Assembly: GCF_006345805.1 (NCBI RefSeq) | Contig: NC_043000.1 | Coordinates: forward strand, 135,656,001-135,720,000 | Length of the DNA stretch: 64,000 bases | From: Octopus sinensis | Lineage: Eukaryota | Reading direction: 5' to 3' | Shown: positions 24,737-37,799 of the stretch, in pieces | How the letters are laid out: the number at the start of each line of letters is the position of its first letter | Position numbering within the stretch: the stretch's first letter is position 1 | The notes under the pieces: generated by a model | Databases searched by the model: none | What the model saw: the letters and a program-made list of their open reading frames with translations, nothing else | Told to the model about the DNA's origin: nothing | Position numbers and translations under genes: made by a program

Positions 24737-25836
24737 CTGGAACATATAAGACATTCTCACTAATATCATCGTCACCTTTCTAGCACGAAACAAACACTTC
24801 TGGAATTAAACCAGACACTTGTTTCAGCAACAAATACCTCTCAACCACTTAGATTTGCCTCCCCAATCATCAAGTAGTAAATTTAACTGATTTATCTAGA
24901 CTAATTATCAACCCTAATAAACTATAACACTCCTCCATTTAAGACCGTCATTTCAATTGTTATTGTCTAATATCTCGTCAGCCCTAATCGAATATATAAC
25001 TATAATTAGAGGAATTATAACCGTGACCATCCTATCTTTTCAGGCACAATTTGCCATAGACTCTAATTCTTGTCTTCTTTGCTAGTTTCAACCATTTGAC
25101 CTCAGCCATATTAATGCTCATATTAATTTGACTGTTGCCAAATTAATATGGAGCGAGATTAATATGAACGATCGAGTATTTTAATCATTCGTATGAGTTC
25201 AAGTCCTTATCTTTCTCTGGTGCTTATTTTATATACTTGTTTATCATAGCCTATGTTTAACCTATTTGGCGTGACGGAGCGTGGTTCACGGATGTTTTAC
25301 ACCTGTATATATAAATACAGGTACACGGATACCCACATGTACGCAGGCATATATTAATAGAAGAAGACACATTTTGAATCATAACTGTGCTTGAAATAAT
25401 AGATTGCTCGAACGACTGAAATAGAGGAGTAGCGTATTAATATATAAGCAAAAGTTTTTGAAAATCTTTAATAGACATAGAAACTTGATTGGCTGCTTAA
25501 AAACCGAAGGAACATGCGTCACGCATTCAGTTATTTAACTCAGATGCTCAGAAATGCAATATCTTTTCGCTTACAAAAGTAGGTAAGTATTGTGCATAAA
25601 GAATAATAAAAGTGGCTGTTGTTAATTGAGTTTTATAGTTGATGAATGAATATTGATAAATCACATTTCATTACGCCGCTTCCCTAATTTATTTGAACAA
25701 AAGTTAACATATTCCTTTGGTAAGGACGAATGTTCTTCAATGCATACACATATACATACACACAGTCAGAATTTTTTGCGTAATGAGATAAAAAAAAACC
25801 AAGGCTGTATAGATATTAGAGCATTTATAGATAGAG

Positions 25837-25889
25837 GGTCTTACAGCTGTTTCTAGGATATTAATTAATAATATCCCTTCATCGGAGAC
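25837..25889 (-). ncRNA. Minimal Penelope-type hammerhead ribozyme motif (U4-to-C core variant)
   Basis: GTCT-CCGATGA-AGGGATATT-attaatt-AATATCCTA-GAAA-CAGCTG-TA-AGAC: 4-bp stem I, ~8-bp stem II, palindromic stem III. Confidence 0.6.
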
Positions 25890-26993
25890 GGTGTGAATGG
25901 TCCGTCTATAGCACTTACTCAGCATTACCTGACACCTTTGGGTCTCAATGACACCATTATCTCATATAACCTCATACACACAGTCATACATACACACACA
26001 AAACAAACAAATAAATACAACAAGTTTCTACAAAACTTCTGTCTACAGAATTTTACTCACTAGATATTGATCAACCTGATTCTACATTAGAAGACTTTTA
26101 CACAAGATTCCTCATCCCTTTAGCAACTTTCTATGTTTTAAAGATTGTAAAGAGGATTTTAAATTTCTAGCTGCTGAGTGGCCATCTATGGGCTGTCTCG
26201 GTCGTGTATTGGCATAGGGCTTATTATTTCAGAGGTTGCTGTCATGGTGGATGTTTCCCCAATTTAACCCAACATTTTCTGCTAAAGCTCAAATGGAGTA
26301 GACGAGTTTCTCTTATAGAGAGAGTATGAGGATTGAAAAAGAGGTAATTATATTGTCATCGTTCTAAAAACTAAGATTGTTTTAAGTATTTCGGTTTGAC
26401 TTGCTGCCTCTGAGGATCCGCGAAATTGGTGAAATCAGGTACCATCTCCTTGTATGCTGCTGAATTTCGTCAATCGAAGATTGACTTTTGATCGATTCTT
26501 AGAATTGATTTTTCGGGACGTTTACAGAAGTCGTTATAAGCAACACTTTCAAGTTAGGTCGGATGTGCTAATTAACATTCTTTACAAAAGCTGCTTCCGT
26601 CATTAATAGCTAATTTATACACACCCAGCCAGCTTTTCGCGACATTACTGGCTGTTTGGTCAGCGTTATTCTATGTTAATTTGATTTTCTGCTTGGTACT
26701 CGGCTTGGCTAGCTGCTGCTGATGAAATCACGTGATATGCTACTGTTGACAAATTTCGCCAACCGATAATATAGTTTCAATACTTTTTTTAGCGTTTGTC
26801 ATCTATACGAAATGATTTTGGGAGACGTTTACAGTAGACTAAGGGGTTGAAAACATACTTACGATTGGTTGAATGTATTAATTAATAGACGTTATTTTGT
26901 TTTGTCATTAATAAAGGTGGAGACGAAGAGAAAACTTAATTAAGAGCTTGAGTGTGTGAGGAGACTTTGACAGTTTGAGAACCATTGGCTTAA

Positions 26994-27215
26994 CCCTTTA
27001 GCATTTAAACTGGGCATATCCGGCCCAAATTTTCTACTTCTTTTTTGTGTTCAAACCATCTAGATCTGGTCTCTCACTCATATCCTACAATGACATCCTC
27101 AAAATAAACCATCACATCATCAAATTCTCAGAGCTACAAGATAATGCAGGATTAATTCAAAACAATGTGAATGAAAAAGCATTATATTTGACAGAATAAT
27201 CTGAACCCTAAAGGG
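26994..27215. mobile_element. piggyBac-type MITE
   Basis: TTAA|CCCTTTAG ... CTAAAGGG|TTAA (TTAA at 26990-26993 and 27216-27219). Confidence 0.75.
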
Positions 27216-27229
27216 TTAAATCAGTAGTT

Positions 27230-27600
27230 GCTCTGAAATAATAAGCCCTATGCCAATACACGACCGAGACAGCCCATAGATGGCCACTCAGCAGCTAGAA
27301 ATTTAAAATCCTCTTTACAATCTTTGAAACATAGAAAGTTGCTAAAGGGATGAGGAATCTTGTGTAAAAGGCGGCGAGCTGGCAGAAACGTTAGCACGCC
27401 GGGCGAAATGCGTAGCCGTATTTCGTCAGCCGTTACGTTCTGAGTTCTAATTCCGCCGAGGTCGACTTTGCCTTTCATCCTTTCGGGGTCGATTAAATAA
27501 GTACCAGTTACGCACTGGGGTCGATATAATCGACTTAATCCGTTTGTCTGTCCTTGTTTGTCTTCTCTATGTTTAGCCCCTTGTGGGTAGCAAAGAAATA
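27230..27600 (+). mobile_element. SINE family A (27367-27600) preceded by an inverted 140-bp copy of 26095-26234
   Basis: 16-bp TSD GGTTAAATCAGTAGTT at 27214-27229 and 27601-27616 encloses both parts. Confidence 0.85.
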
Positions 27601-27796
27601 GGTTAAATCAGTAGTTTCTACAATAGTGATACAAGAGACAGGAGCTTGAGATCTTGTGATACAACATCATCATCAAACATTGTCGTATATATTAATCCCC
27701 GTCATCATTAATACGAACACACCACTAATAAAACCACTGCTACCATTACAACTACCACTATTAAGCAGTATATAACAGTCAATCTATAGAAATAAA

Positions 27797-28143
27797 TTAC
27801 GGAGATGTACTCGCATAGAAAGTGATTTGATCTGAGATCGTGTGCTGGAACGAAAACAATTGCAGCGTGGAAGGTGTTTGTAAGCCATTTAAGAAACACA
27901 CAAAAGCCGTTCGATTCACTTCAACATTTAAGTTTAATTTGTCAAAATATTTTCGTCGCTAAAATCCGCGACCTGTTCACTGACAAAAATGACTGAGATG
28001 CGGCACGGATTTTTGTCAGCGAACAAGTCGCGGATTTTAGCGACGAAAATATTTCGACAAATTAAATTTAAATGTTGAAGTGAATCGAACGGCTTTTGTG
28101 TGTTTCTTAAATGGCTTACAAACACCTTCCACGCTGCAATTGT
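27797..28143. mobile_element. Palindromic non-autonomous element (~135-bp arms)
   Basis: Arms 27855-27990 and 28009-28144 are near-perfect reverse complements; 12-bp direct repeat TATAGAAATAAA at 27785-27796 and 28144-28155. Confidence 0.8.
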
Positions 28144-28169
28144 TATAGAAATAAAGTCAATGAATAAAT

Positions 28170-28500
28170 CAATTATGACAATGATGATAATGATGATGAT
28201 GATGATGATGGTGAGTAAAAGGGGAATTATGAAGCGGAAATGAAGAAGAATGGTGATGACAATAATGTTGATAATGATGATGATGCAAACAACAATGGTG
28301 ATGATGATGATGATAATGATGATGATGATGATGATGAGGCGGAGGTGGCGAAAGAAGATGATCACCATTACAAAACGACTTATTTGTCCAGGGAAACGTG
28401 ACGTTGATTATACAAATAAAGTCGTTATTGTTGCTATCGATGATTATGATGATGATGATGATGACGACGACGACGATGATGACAATGATGATAGTAACAG
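28170..28500. repeat. Degenerate (GAT/GAC)n triplet repeat
   Basis: Direct reading; poly-D/M/I ORFs. Confidence 0.85.
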
Positions 28501-29192
28501 AGGGAGGTGGGGAAAATGCAATGATTATAATGAGAATGACTATTTAATTCCAAGTGATTTTCCTTTGCACTCTGTTATACTTCCAATTCATTTGCTCACT
28601 CTTTATCTTCTTAATTTGTATTTATAGTTTAATTGGACCTTCTCTCTTTCAACGCTTCCTTCCTTCCTTCCTTCTTTTCTTTCTTCCATCACTTTCCTAT
28701 CTTACGGTCACTGTCTTTTCCCACTCCCCTTCCACACCACACGATACATATCAACATTTTACACTTTAGACTTCTGTCCGTCTCTCTTTCTCTTTTTCTC
28801 TCTTTCCAATACGCCAACGCCCCCACTCTCCGTTATATGTACAGAGACGAACAGGTTTCGTGGATGGACTCATTCAGAATAGTATATATGCATATACGCA
28901 CATACATGCATACCTGCCTACACACACATACACAAACGCATGTAGATTACATGCATAGAGTAGATGAAACCATAGCGACTGAAGAAGGGTTTTTTTCTTT
29001 GTGTTAATTGTCCTGTACTCTATTTTTTTTGTTGTTTAAAAAAATGTCCAGTTCCTTGGGTTTGTGTCTATGTATTCGTTTCTCTTTGTGTTCGACGTCC
29101 CTTTGGTGTCCTGTACTCATATATGCGTGTATATGTACATGTAGAGGTAGGTACGTACATATATGTTTATATATATGCATATGTTTTATTTA

Positions 29193-29234
<42 letters not shown>

Positions 29235-29249
29235 CATCCATCTATTCAT

Positions 29250-29566
29250 ATAAAACTTAGATAAAACTTAGATATGTTTCGACCAATGATTGGTCCAGGC
29301 CATGTCTAACTTAATAGCACCACCTGATAGGATTATCTAAATCCTGTTTAAGTCAAGTTTTGTTTATGGTCCATTCAAGTAGTGAGTTTTTGTTGGGTGA
29401 GTTGTATCCAATTATGGGTGGTATTCCTTGAAAGAATCTATCCGGACTCCGTTTAAAGTTGATGGGATCCTTTTCCTCTTTGATCTCTTTCGGGACAATG
29501 TTAAATAGGGCAGGGCCTGTTAAGGAAAAGAAATTATGTTGCAGTGTACATGTATGCTGTGATCTT
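29250..29566 (-). mobile_element. CR1/L2-superfamily LINE 3' end (same family as 17361-17790)
   Basis: [51 protein letters not shown]; same 3' UTR and tandem tail. Confidence 0.8.
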
Positions 29567-29807
29567 AATATATAAATATATAAATATTTATATGCATGTA
29601 TATATATTATGTACATAAATATATGTATATGTATATCTATATATATATCAATATATATATATGTGTATGTGTGTGTATATATATGTATATATGTGTATAG
29701 TATACATATATTTACATACATATTGATATATATATATATTTGCATCCATGTATATATATATTTTTTTCTTCTCTCCTTGTTTCTCTCGTTGTTTTTTTCT
29801 GTGTCCC

Positions 29808-29840
29808 TTTCTGTAGAAGAGCTAGGCTCGAAACGTAAAA
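29808..29840 (+). ncRNA. Degenerate minimal hammerhead motif
   Basis: TTT-CTGTAGA-AGAGC-TAG-GCTC-GAAA-CG-TA-AAA; core A6 replaced by T. Confidence 0.35.
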
Positions 29841-29910
29841 TACATTTTCAATTTCTGAGCGTTATACTAATACATCTGTTTGTTTTGTACACTACCTATC
29901 TTCATCTTAT

Positions 29911-29971
<61 letters not shown>

Positions 29972-30163
29972 GAATATTTGAATACTATGCAAATTTTCTT
30001 TTAAAAAACTTTTCATTTAATTTTTCCAAAATTTAATGTTTTCCATGGTTACAATTAAAGAAGTATCAATGACTGAAACCGGTACTGGAATGTTTTTTAT
30101 AAAATTGTTTTAGCATCTTCTACATTGACTTTTTTCCATGTATATATCAACCTATGTGTTCCT

Positions 30164-30263
30164 NNNNNNNNNNNNNNNNNNNNNNNNNNNNNNNNNNNNN
30201 NNNNNNNNNNNNNNNNNNNNNNNNNNNNNNNNNNNNNNNNNNNNNNNNNNNNNNNNNNNNNNN
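30164..30263. other. Assembly gap (100 N)
   Basis: Run of exactly 100 N abutting (TA)n. Confidence 1.
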
Positions 30264-30456
30264 ATATATATATATATTATATATATATAATATTTTCAAA
30301 AACATATTCCTTCTGTTTTGCATATATATATATATTAATATATACAGTATATATATATTGGTAAAACGGTAAGATAACAAAAGAAAGAAAGAGACCTCAA
30401 TATTATGTAATAGAGGAAATTATCTATAAAATAATATGTTACATTACTCGATAGTC

Positions 30457-30593
30457 AAGATAAAACTCTGAGTTTCAGATGCCGAAGTGAGAATCCACAA
30501 CGCCATCTTTCGGTTATCTGCTTATCTGGAAATAGTCCAGATAACCGAAGAGATGGCGTTGTGGATTCCCACTTCGGCATCTGAAACTCAGAG

Positions 30594-30602
<9 letters not shown>
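30457..30602. repeat. Near-perfect hairpin (58/59-bp arms, 17-nt loop) made of a hammerhead-like unit
   Basis: 30463-30520 vs 30538-30596: one mismatch, one indel. Confidence 0.85.
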
Positions 30603-30629
<27 letters not shown>

Positions 30630-30827
30630 GCATACACACATGCATGCATACAGATATATAAGTATTTTATGTTTAAATATAAATGAATATTTACATGAAT
30701 AAACAACTTCTATTTGTATATGCGCCCATTTATGTCTTCACACACAGGGTACATGTGTATATACTTATCAATCTACATAAGTATATTAACTTATAATTGC
30801 ATATAAAATTATATAACTGACCACCCA

Positions 30828-30866
<39 letters not shown>

Positions 30867-30978
30867 GTGTATACATTGGGTGTGTATGTTGTTAGTTATA
30901 TGGTATATTTTTTTGCTTAAAATTAAATAAATGTGACTTCTGTATTCATAAATGTTTGCTTATATATATGTATGAATG

Positions 30979-31023
<45 letters not shown>

Positions 31024-31112
31024 ATATAATATATATATATAGTATATATATATATATATATTTATGTATGTATGTATGTATGTATATACATACATATATA
31101 TTAAGATATACC

Positions 31113-31148
<36 letters not shown>

Positions 31149-31286
31149 ATACATATATATATATACATATAAACATATATATTTATACATTTATATGTGT
31201 GTATGTATGTATACGATACACACATATTGCATATTTACGCGAAAAAAAACCTTTGTATGTGTTTATTTTGTATATATGTATATATA

Positions 31287-31338
<52 letters not shown>

Positions 31339-31639
31339 TCACGCACACTTTCCCCTCTTTGATACCCAGGCATATATAACCATATGTCTAAAGAAATATA
31401 TAGTGAATATATGCATGTATATTTGTGTACAGGTTAATATAATTTTGCATACATATAAAGACAAGCACATACGCACATACACACACACAAACATAAGCAC
31501 AATCACATACACATAAAACATACACATGTATATTCTAAAAGTCACTTAATTTTTATGAATTACATATATATATATACACACATACATTCATTCATTCATA
31601 CATACATACATACATACATACATACATACATACATACAC

Positions 31640-32030
31640 GTGGGTGTATGGTAAGAAGCTTGCTTTCCAACCACATGATCACGAGTTCATTCCCATTGCG
31701 TTGCACCTTGGGCAAGTGTCTTCTATTATAGCCACTGGCCGACCAAAGTCTTGTCAGTTTATTTTGCTGACGGAAGCTGAAGAAAGCTCGTTGTATATGT
31801 GTGTGTGTGTGTGTGCGTGTGTGTGTGTGTGTGTGTTTGTATTTGGTCCCTACCACTGCTTGACATCCGGTGCTGGTTTGTTGTAAGGCCCCGTAACTAG
31901 CGGTTCGGCAAAAGAACCGATAGAATAAGTACCAGACTTTATAATATACTGCATTCGATTGATTTGACTAAAAGCTCTTAAAGGTAGTACCATAGCATGG
32001 CCGGTGTCTAATGACTATAAGAGGTAAAAA
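31640..32030 (+). mobile_element. SINE family B, diverged
   Basis: CACCTTGGGCAAGTGTCTTCTATTATAGCC and 3' block AGCGGTTCGGCAAAAG. Confidence 0.75.
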
Positions 32031-32409
32031 TAAAAAAATAAAAGATATGTTAAAATTGTAACAATATAAACAAAACTCATGGAAATTCATCTTGATGCTT
32101 CAATTTATATATTAATTTAGCAATAAAGTGCTTACCTTTTTATATTTGAAATATAATATAAAGTATATAAAATATACCCACTTATATACAGTCATATGTA
32201 TATATAAACATATACTGACATATATATTTATACACACACATATACACATATACACAGACCAACACCACAAACGCACCCCCCCCCCCTATATATATATATA
32301 TATCTATATATATATATATATATACACTCACACACATATAAATATAAACATACAATTACATACATACATACAATTTCAGGTTTATACTTGTAATTATTGG
32401 GGTATTGGG

Positions 32410-33012
32410 ATATGGAACACACTGCCTAAATATCAGTCTTAAAAAATTAAGCTTCTCAAAACCAGAAAGGAGAAATCTGATTAGAAAACTACAGATCCAA
32501 TCCATAATTAGAACTGTAAAAATCTGTAAGACTTTACAGAAGTTTATGATTTAAGTATATATGAGCATGTCTAGATAAGCAAGTATATGCATGAGAATAC
32601 ATACATAAAACATACAGATCTGCACGTATACATACTTACATTCATACATACATACAAAAATACCATGTTATTGATGTTGAAATTCCAATGATGGTGTCTT
32701 GGATCCAGGTTAAAAACCGGTTCTTTCTTCATTTTGACAAAAACTGAATAATGACATACCTACATGCATACATACATACATACATACATACATACATACA
32801 TACATACATACATACTTACATACATACATATATCTAGATATGCAACTATATGCATGAGAATACATACATAAAGCAAAACATACAAATTTGCACATAATCA
32901 TACAAACAAAAATACCTTGTTGTTGATGTTGAAATTCCAATAAAGGAGCTTTCGGTCTAGGCTAGAAACCGGCTCTTTCTCTATTGGCAAGAAATCTTGA
33001 ATTAAAACTGAA
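32410..33012 (-). repeat. Two diverged units of the 15.3-kb tandem family, inverted
   Basis: GAAACCGGCTCTTTCTCTATTGGCAAGAAATCTTGAA..AAACTGAA.AATGACATAC is the reverse complement of the 15311 unit start. Confidence 0.75.
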
Positions 33013-34625
33013 CAATGACATACCTAATTTAGGCTTCCCTGTTACAATTGAGTAAATTTAACAAAGTGATAATTGTTAATGTGTACGAAGGAAAGAACAC
33101 TTCAATTCGACCTCACTAGTTTATTGAATTCCCAGAATTTCGTCAGAGAATAATGTATCCATCTACTTAGAAATTTATTGTTATTTAGTATACATACAAA
33201 ACACGGACACAGCTCATCTGTTCTGTGCGGCTATGTCCAATTTTGAATACACTATAAATCAGTATAAGCTACAAACATCCACCATTAACAGAACACTTGT
33301 ATTTCTTCTTTAATGAACATCTCAGAGGTAGAAACCAGGTAACTATAAACAATCTACCAGAGTATTCATATTACCTTTGATTGGTTGTTTAGGTACTGCA
33401 ATACAAGACTGGACCGCACTAGATACTGAATTATGGCTATTAAGCCATAATTTAGAATGCACAAAGATTACAGATTATAGAGTGCACAAAACAGCTACTC
33501 CATGTCCGCCATCCAAAATCTATGCCCGCTATAAGCACGGATTTACAGGTTCTCCACTAGATCGGGGAACATAAATGAGAACGATGAAACCATCTTTATA
33601 GTAGACTACCAAGTGTGACTGACGAAACATGTATCCTCAATTTGTCAGTCCTGTAAACTGTAATACTTGCTTAAAATTTAATCCACTGCATGCAAATCTC
33701 AGAATTTAAGTCAAGAAGAATGTAACAGGTTGTATAGAGGATACAAGAGACAGTTCGAAATTATCTTTACCGACAAAGAAAATGCTGTATTCCCATTATA
33801 ATGAAACATATTTCAGAATTGAGAGGAAGGGAATTGAAAACATAAGTAATAATTATAAAATACTCGCGTAATGATAAGAATTTTCGATAGTGTAACGTTC
33901 AGCTCACAGATATAAGCTCACTGATTTAGGAAAGAATTACACAGAATTAAAATATTTTAGAATTAAATTATAAGCAAATCGGGCGGATCCCTTAAATCCC
34001 GAATTAAGAGGTCATTATTTTTTAAGAAAATCCTCTGCGCAGATAGTAACTGCAGCGTTGGCAAAGCAAAACCACTTGTAAACTATAAAACTAAGGATGC
34101 GGCAATAGGCAGAACATTCATAGAGAAATAGTATAATAACACTACAGCAATCTGTATTTAGACGAAACGGTCCGTAGCATAAGTGAATGATTCGAAGTTC
34201 ACTGGGGCGAATATAACGAGGTGAGTACAAGATGCATACGTAAGTACCTACATACACTCGTATATATAAATATATGTGCAAGTAAACGTGTATAAAGCAA
34301 GATAGAAAGAATGAGGAAGAAAGTAACATATTTTCTTTGTCTTACAAGCGCACATCAAATCTTGTCAAAGTTTATTTTAAAGAAATTAAATTATTGCAGT
34401 AAAATAACTAGGACAATTTTTCCACTTCAAAACAGAAAGGAATACAAGATAAACCTACATTGATAGCACTGTTGTGCATGAGGGAAGATCAAAAGCCTTG
34501 CCACTTCGTTCTTGTTTGCGGACGAAACTCATTTTACTTCAAATATGTATGAAGTAAAAAATCCTGGAAGTAAAATGTATGACGTAAAATGTCCATAGAC
34601 GTTACAACGCCTCATTTACGTCCTT

Positions 34626-35045
34626 TATTCTTCTTCTTCTTACAGCATTCACCCGGGGTGGGTTGAGCTGGCTTCATTTATCCTCAATGCTGCATCTCTC
34701 ACAAACGCCGACCAGGCCTGGCGATTTGAGGCTAACGACCGCGTGATCTTCAATCACTCCTTATTCCAGCGGCGAACGCCGTAGATATGGGGGCCTAGGT
34801 TGGGTTGCAGATCAGCCTTGACCGTCATCAGCCAGGTTTTTCGTTGTCCACCACGACGCTTTCGCCAACCCTGAAGGGGAGCTGGGGCTTCGTAGATGAA
34901 TTCTCCTGGTTGACGACGGAGGGCACGACCCCAGCCAACGCAGACGTCTCGTTAGGATGACTTGTCGCAGGGAGATGATTCTGCACTGGTGTCGCCCCGA
35001 ATTGTTGGAGACAAAGTGATGCCATCGGAAAAGATACCAATATTA
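34626..35045 (-). mobile_element. RTE-clade LINE 3' fragment (frameshifted)
   Basis: WHHFVSN...LTRRLRWLG(R)ALRR...WRKRRGGQRKTWLMTVKADL...GPHIYGVRRWNKE*...NRQAWSAFVRDAA...SSTHPG*; (GAA)n tail. Confidence 0.85.
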
Positions 35046-36469
35046 AATGTGTTGCTGAACCAGAAGCTATTACCTATAGCCTAGGACACCTTGCTGCTTC
35101 AATCCTTGGCTGATACAATCTGATTTCATTTATGCCGCAAATGATCTTAAAATGCATGGAAATTGCATTTTCGTTATCCTCTTCTCTTAAAGATTAGACA
35201 TTTTGGACCGTGCAGAAAGGAATTAATATCATGTAATGATCAGCTGTGTAGAATATTAGCGTACTTCGTGTTTCCAATTCCAAATTAGACATTTTCCGTT
35301 CATTTAAACTTGGAAATCTCACTTAATTCTTTCTCTTATGATTTTATACCTGATTAAAAGAGACCAAACGCTTTTAGAACAGATATCGTTATGAGTAACC
35401 AGAAACTAACAACTCATATACTGAACCAATATTTTACCTTCCTTTCCATCAGTATCAGATGATAAATTTGAGGAAGCCTTTCAAATGCATATATATGTAT
35501 GAATACACGCACACATTCAAAGTTGTACTTGTTTGAGAGGATATATTAGAACAGAAGTCGTCTAAAAACGCAAAAAACGTTGGATACATATTTCATTTAC
35601 TTTTTGGCAAAATTTTCGTCGCACCACTGCGACTTTGTGACACAGCTCTCCTCATTTGGACACAGAGCGCAAGAACACATACCACAATATCCTTTGGAGG
35701 TCCGTATAAGATATTTTTGTTAAAATTTATGTGCAATAAACTGGTTATATTTCAACAATACACAACAGATTCCTTTATTCTTTTATTCTTTTACCTGTTT
35801 CAGTCATGTGACTGTGACTGTGCTAGAGCACCACCTTGAAGGGTTTTTACACGAACAAATCGACTCAGGGCTTATTTTTAAAGCCTAGAATTTAATATAT
35901 ATATACGTCCCCATAACTTAGCGATTCGGCAAAAAAGACCGATAGAATAAGTACTAGGCTTACAAAGAATAAGTTCTGGGGGTCGATTTGTTCGACTAAA
36001 GACGGTGCTACAGTATGACCGCAGTCAAATGACTGAAACAAGTAAAAGAGTTATAAAATCATCCAGAAATTCCACAGAGAAAATAATGGTTTAGATAGGT
36101 ATTCTTCTTAAACTCCTGGTACTTCTTCGTAGAGAGGCACAGTCAAAGAAATGCAAGAGGAAAAAACACAGAGACAATGATGTGATGAGCTTTACGCAAA
36201 ATTACCAAAATGTGGTTTAAGAAGAAACAAAGACGACCAGGCAGAATCGATAGTGCGTCGGGAAAATGTATAGTTACATCTTTTTTCCGGCACTTTAAGT
36301 CTTGTGTTCAAATCCTGCCTCGGTCAGCGTTACCTGTTTTCTTGTCAGAGTCGAGAAAATAATGTACAAGCCGAGTGCTGAGACTCGAAGATTTCGATTA
36401 ACCTTCCCCCACATCAAAATTTTTAGTCTTGCGTTTAAATCCGAAAACATTATTTAAAACAGGCGGAGA

Positions 36470-36690
36470 GCTGGCGGGATCGTTAGCACGTCGGACAAAA
36501 CACTTAGCGGCATTTCGTCCGTCTTTACGTTCTAAATTCAAATTCCTCGATGTACACTTTGCTTTTCATCCATTGAGGGTCGTTAAATAAGTACCAGTTG
36601 AGCACTGAGGTCGATGTAATCCATTAGCCTTTCTCCACCACAAAATTTCGGGCTTTGCGCTCAAAATAGAAAGGTTTATTATTAGTAGTA
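36470..36690 (+). mobile_element. SINE family A (tail B), diverged, followed by (ATT/GTT)n
   Basis: Head GGCGGAGAGCTGGCGGGATCGTTAGCACG; tail TAGAAAGGTTTATTATT. Confidence 0.7.
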
Positions 36691-37394
36691 TTATTGTTGT
36701 TGTTGTTGTTGTTGTTGTTGTTTGTAGTTGGCTGTAATTATTTATTTTTATTTCCATTTATTTGTTTTCTTTATTTTCTCGGGTATTTCCTCTACGTCTG
36801 ACCTATAGACGAACCCTGGACATATTGAAAATAGATTAGTTCTAAAAATGATGGGGTTACCAAACTAAAATGGAGACAGGGAATGAATGAAGGATAGAAA
36901 GAGGTGAAATAGTTGCAGAGAGTAAGGGAGAATCGAGGAAGAAAGAGAAAAGAAAAACGGAATAAAAGGCAAAGTAGAGGGGAGGGGAAGATTTATAAGT
37001 GTAAGGAAACACATAGGAGTGCGCATGTACGTATACATGTGCGCATGTGTACTGGTGTGGACGCATGTGGTTACCCGTGTGTGTGTGTATGTGTGCATGG
37101 TTGTATGTGAGGTGCACGGGTTGTGAGGCAAACGGAGAGAAACATGAAATGAAAGTGCGAAAGAGAGAGCGAGAGAGAGAGAGTGAGAGAGAGAGCTAAA
37201 GAGGGAAAGAGAGTGAGAGAGCAAAGGAAGGAGAGAGAGAATTTTGCGTTTCAGTTTGGATGAAAACACGATCATGGGCAAATAAACACAGCTACATACT
37301 ATACTAGAAGCAGCAGTCAAATCTCCCTCAAACAACAACTGAAATTGTAAGAGAGAAAGCTAGGAGTATCTGTAGGAGAAAGAAAGACACAAAG

Positions 37395-37796
<402 letters not shown>

Positions 37797-37799
37797 TCC

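Noticed and set aside
34828-35040. 70-aa ORF MVSFPMASL...KPG, and a good-looking plus-strand acceptor at 34645
   Set aside because: Alternative frame of the RTE fragment; the pyrimidine tract is the RTE (GAA)n tail.
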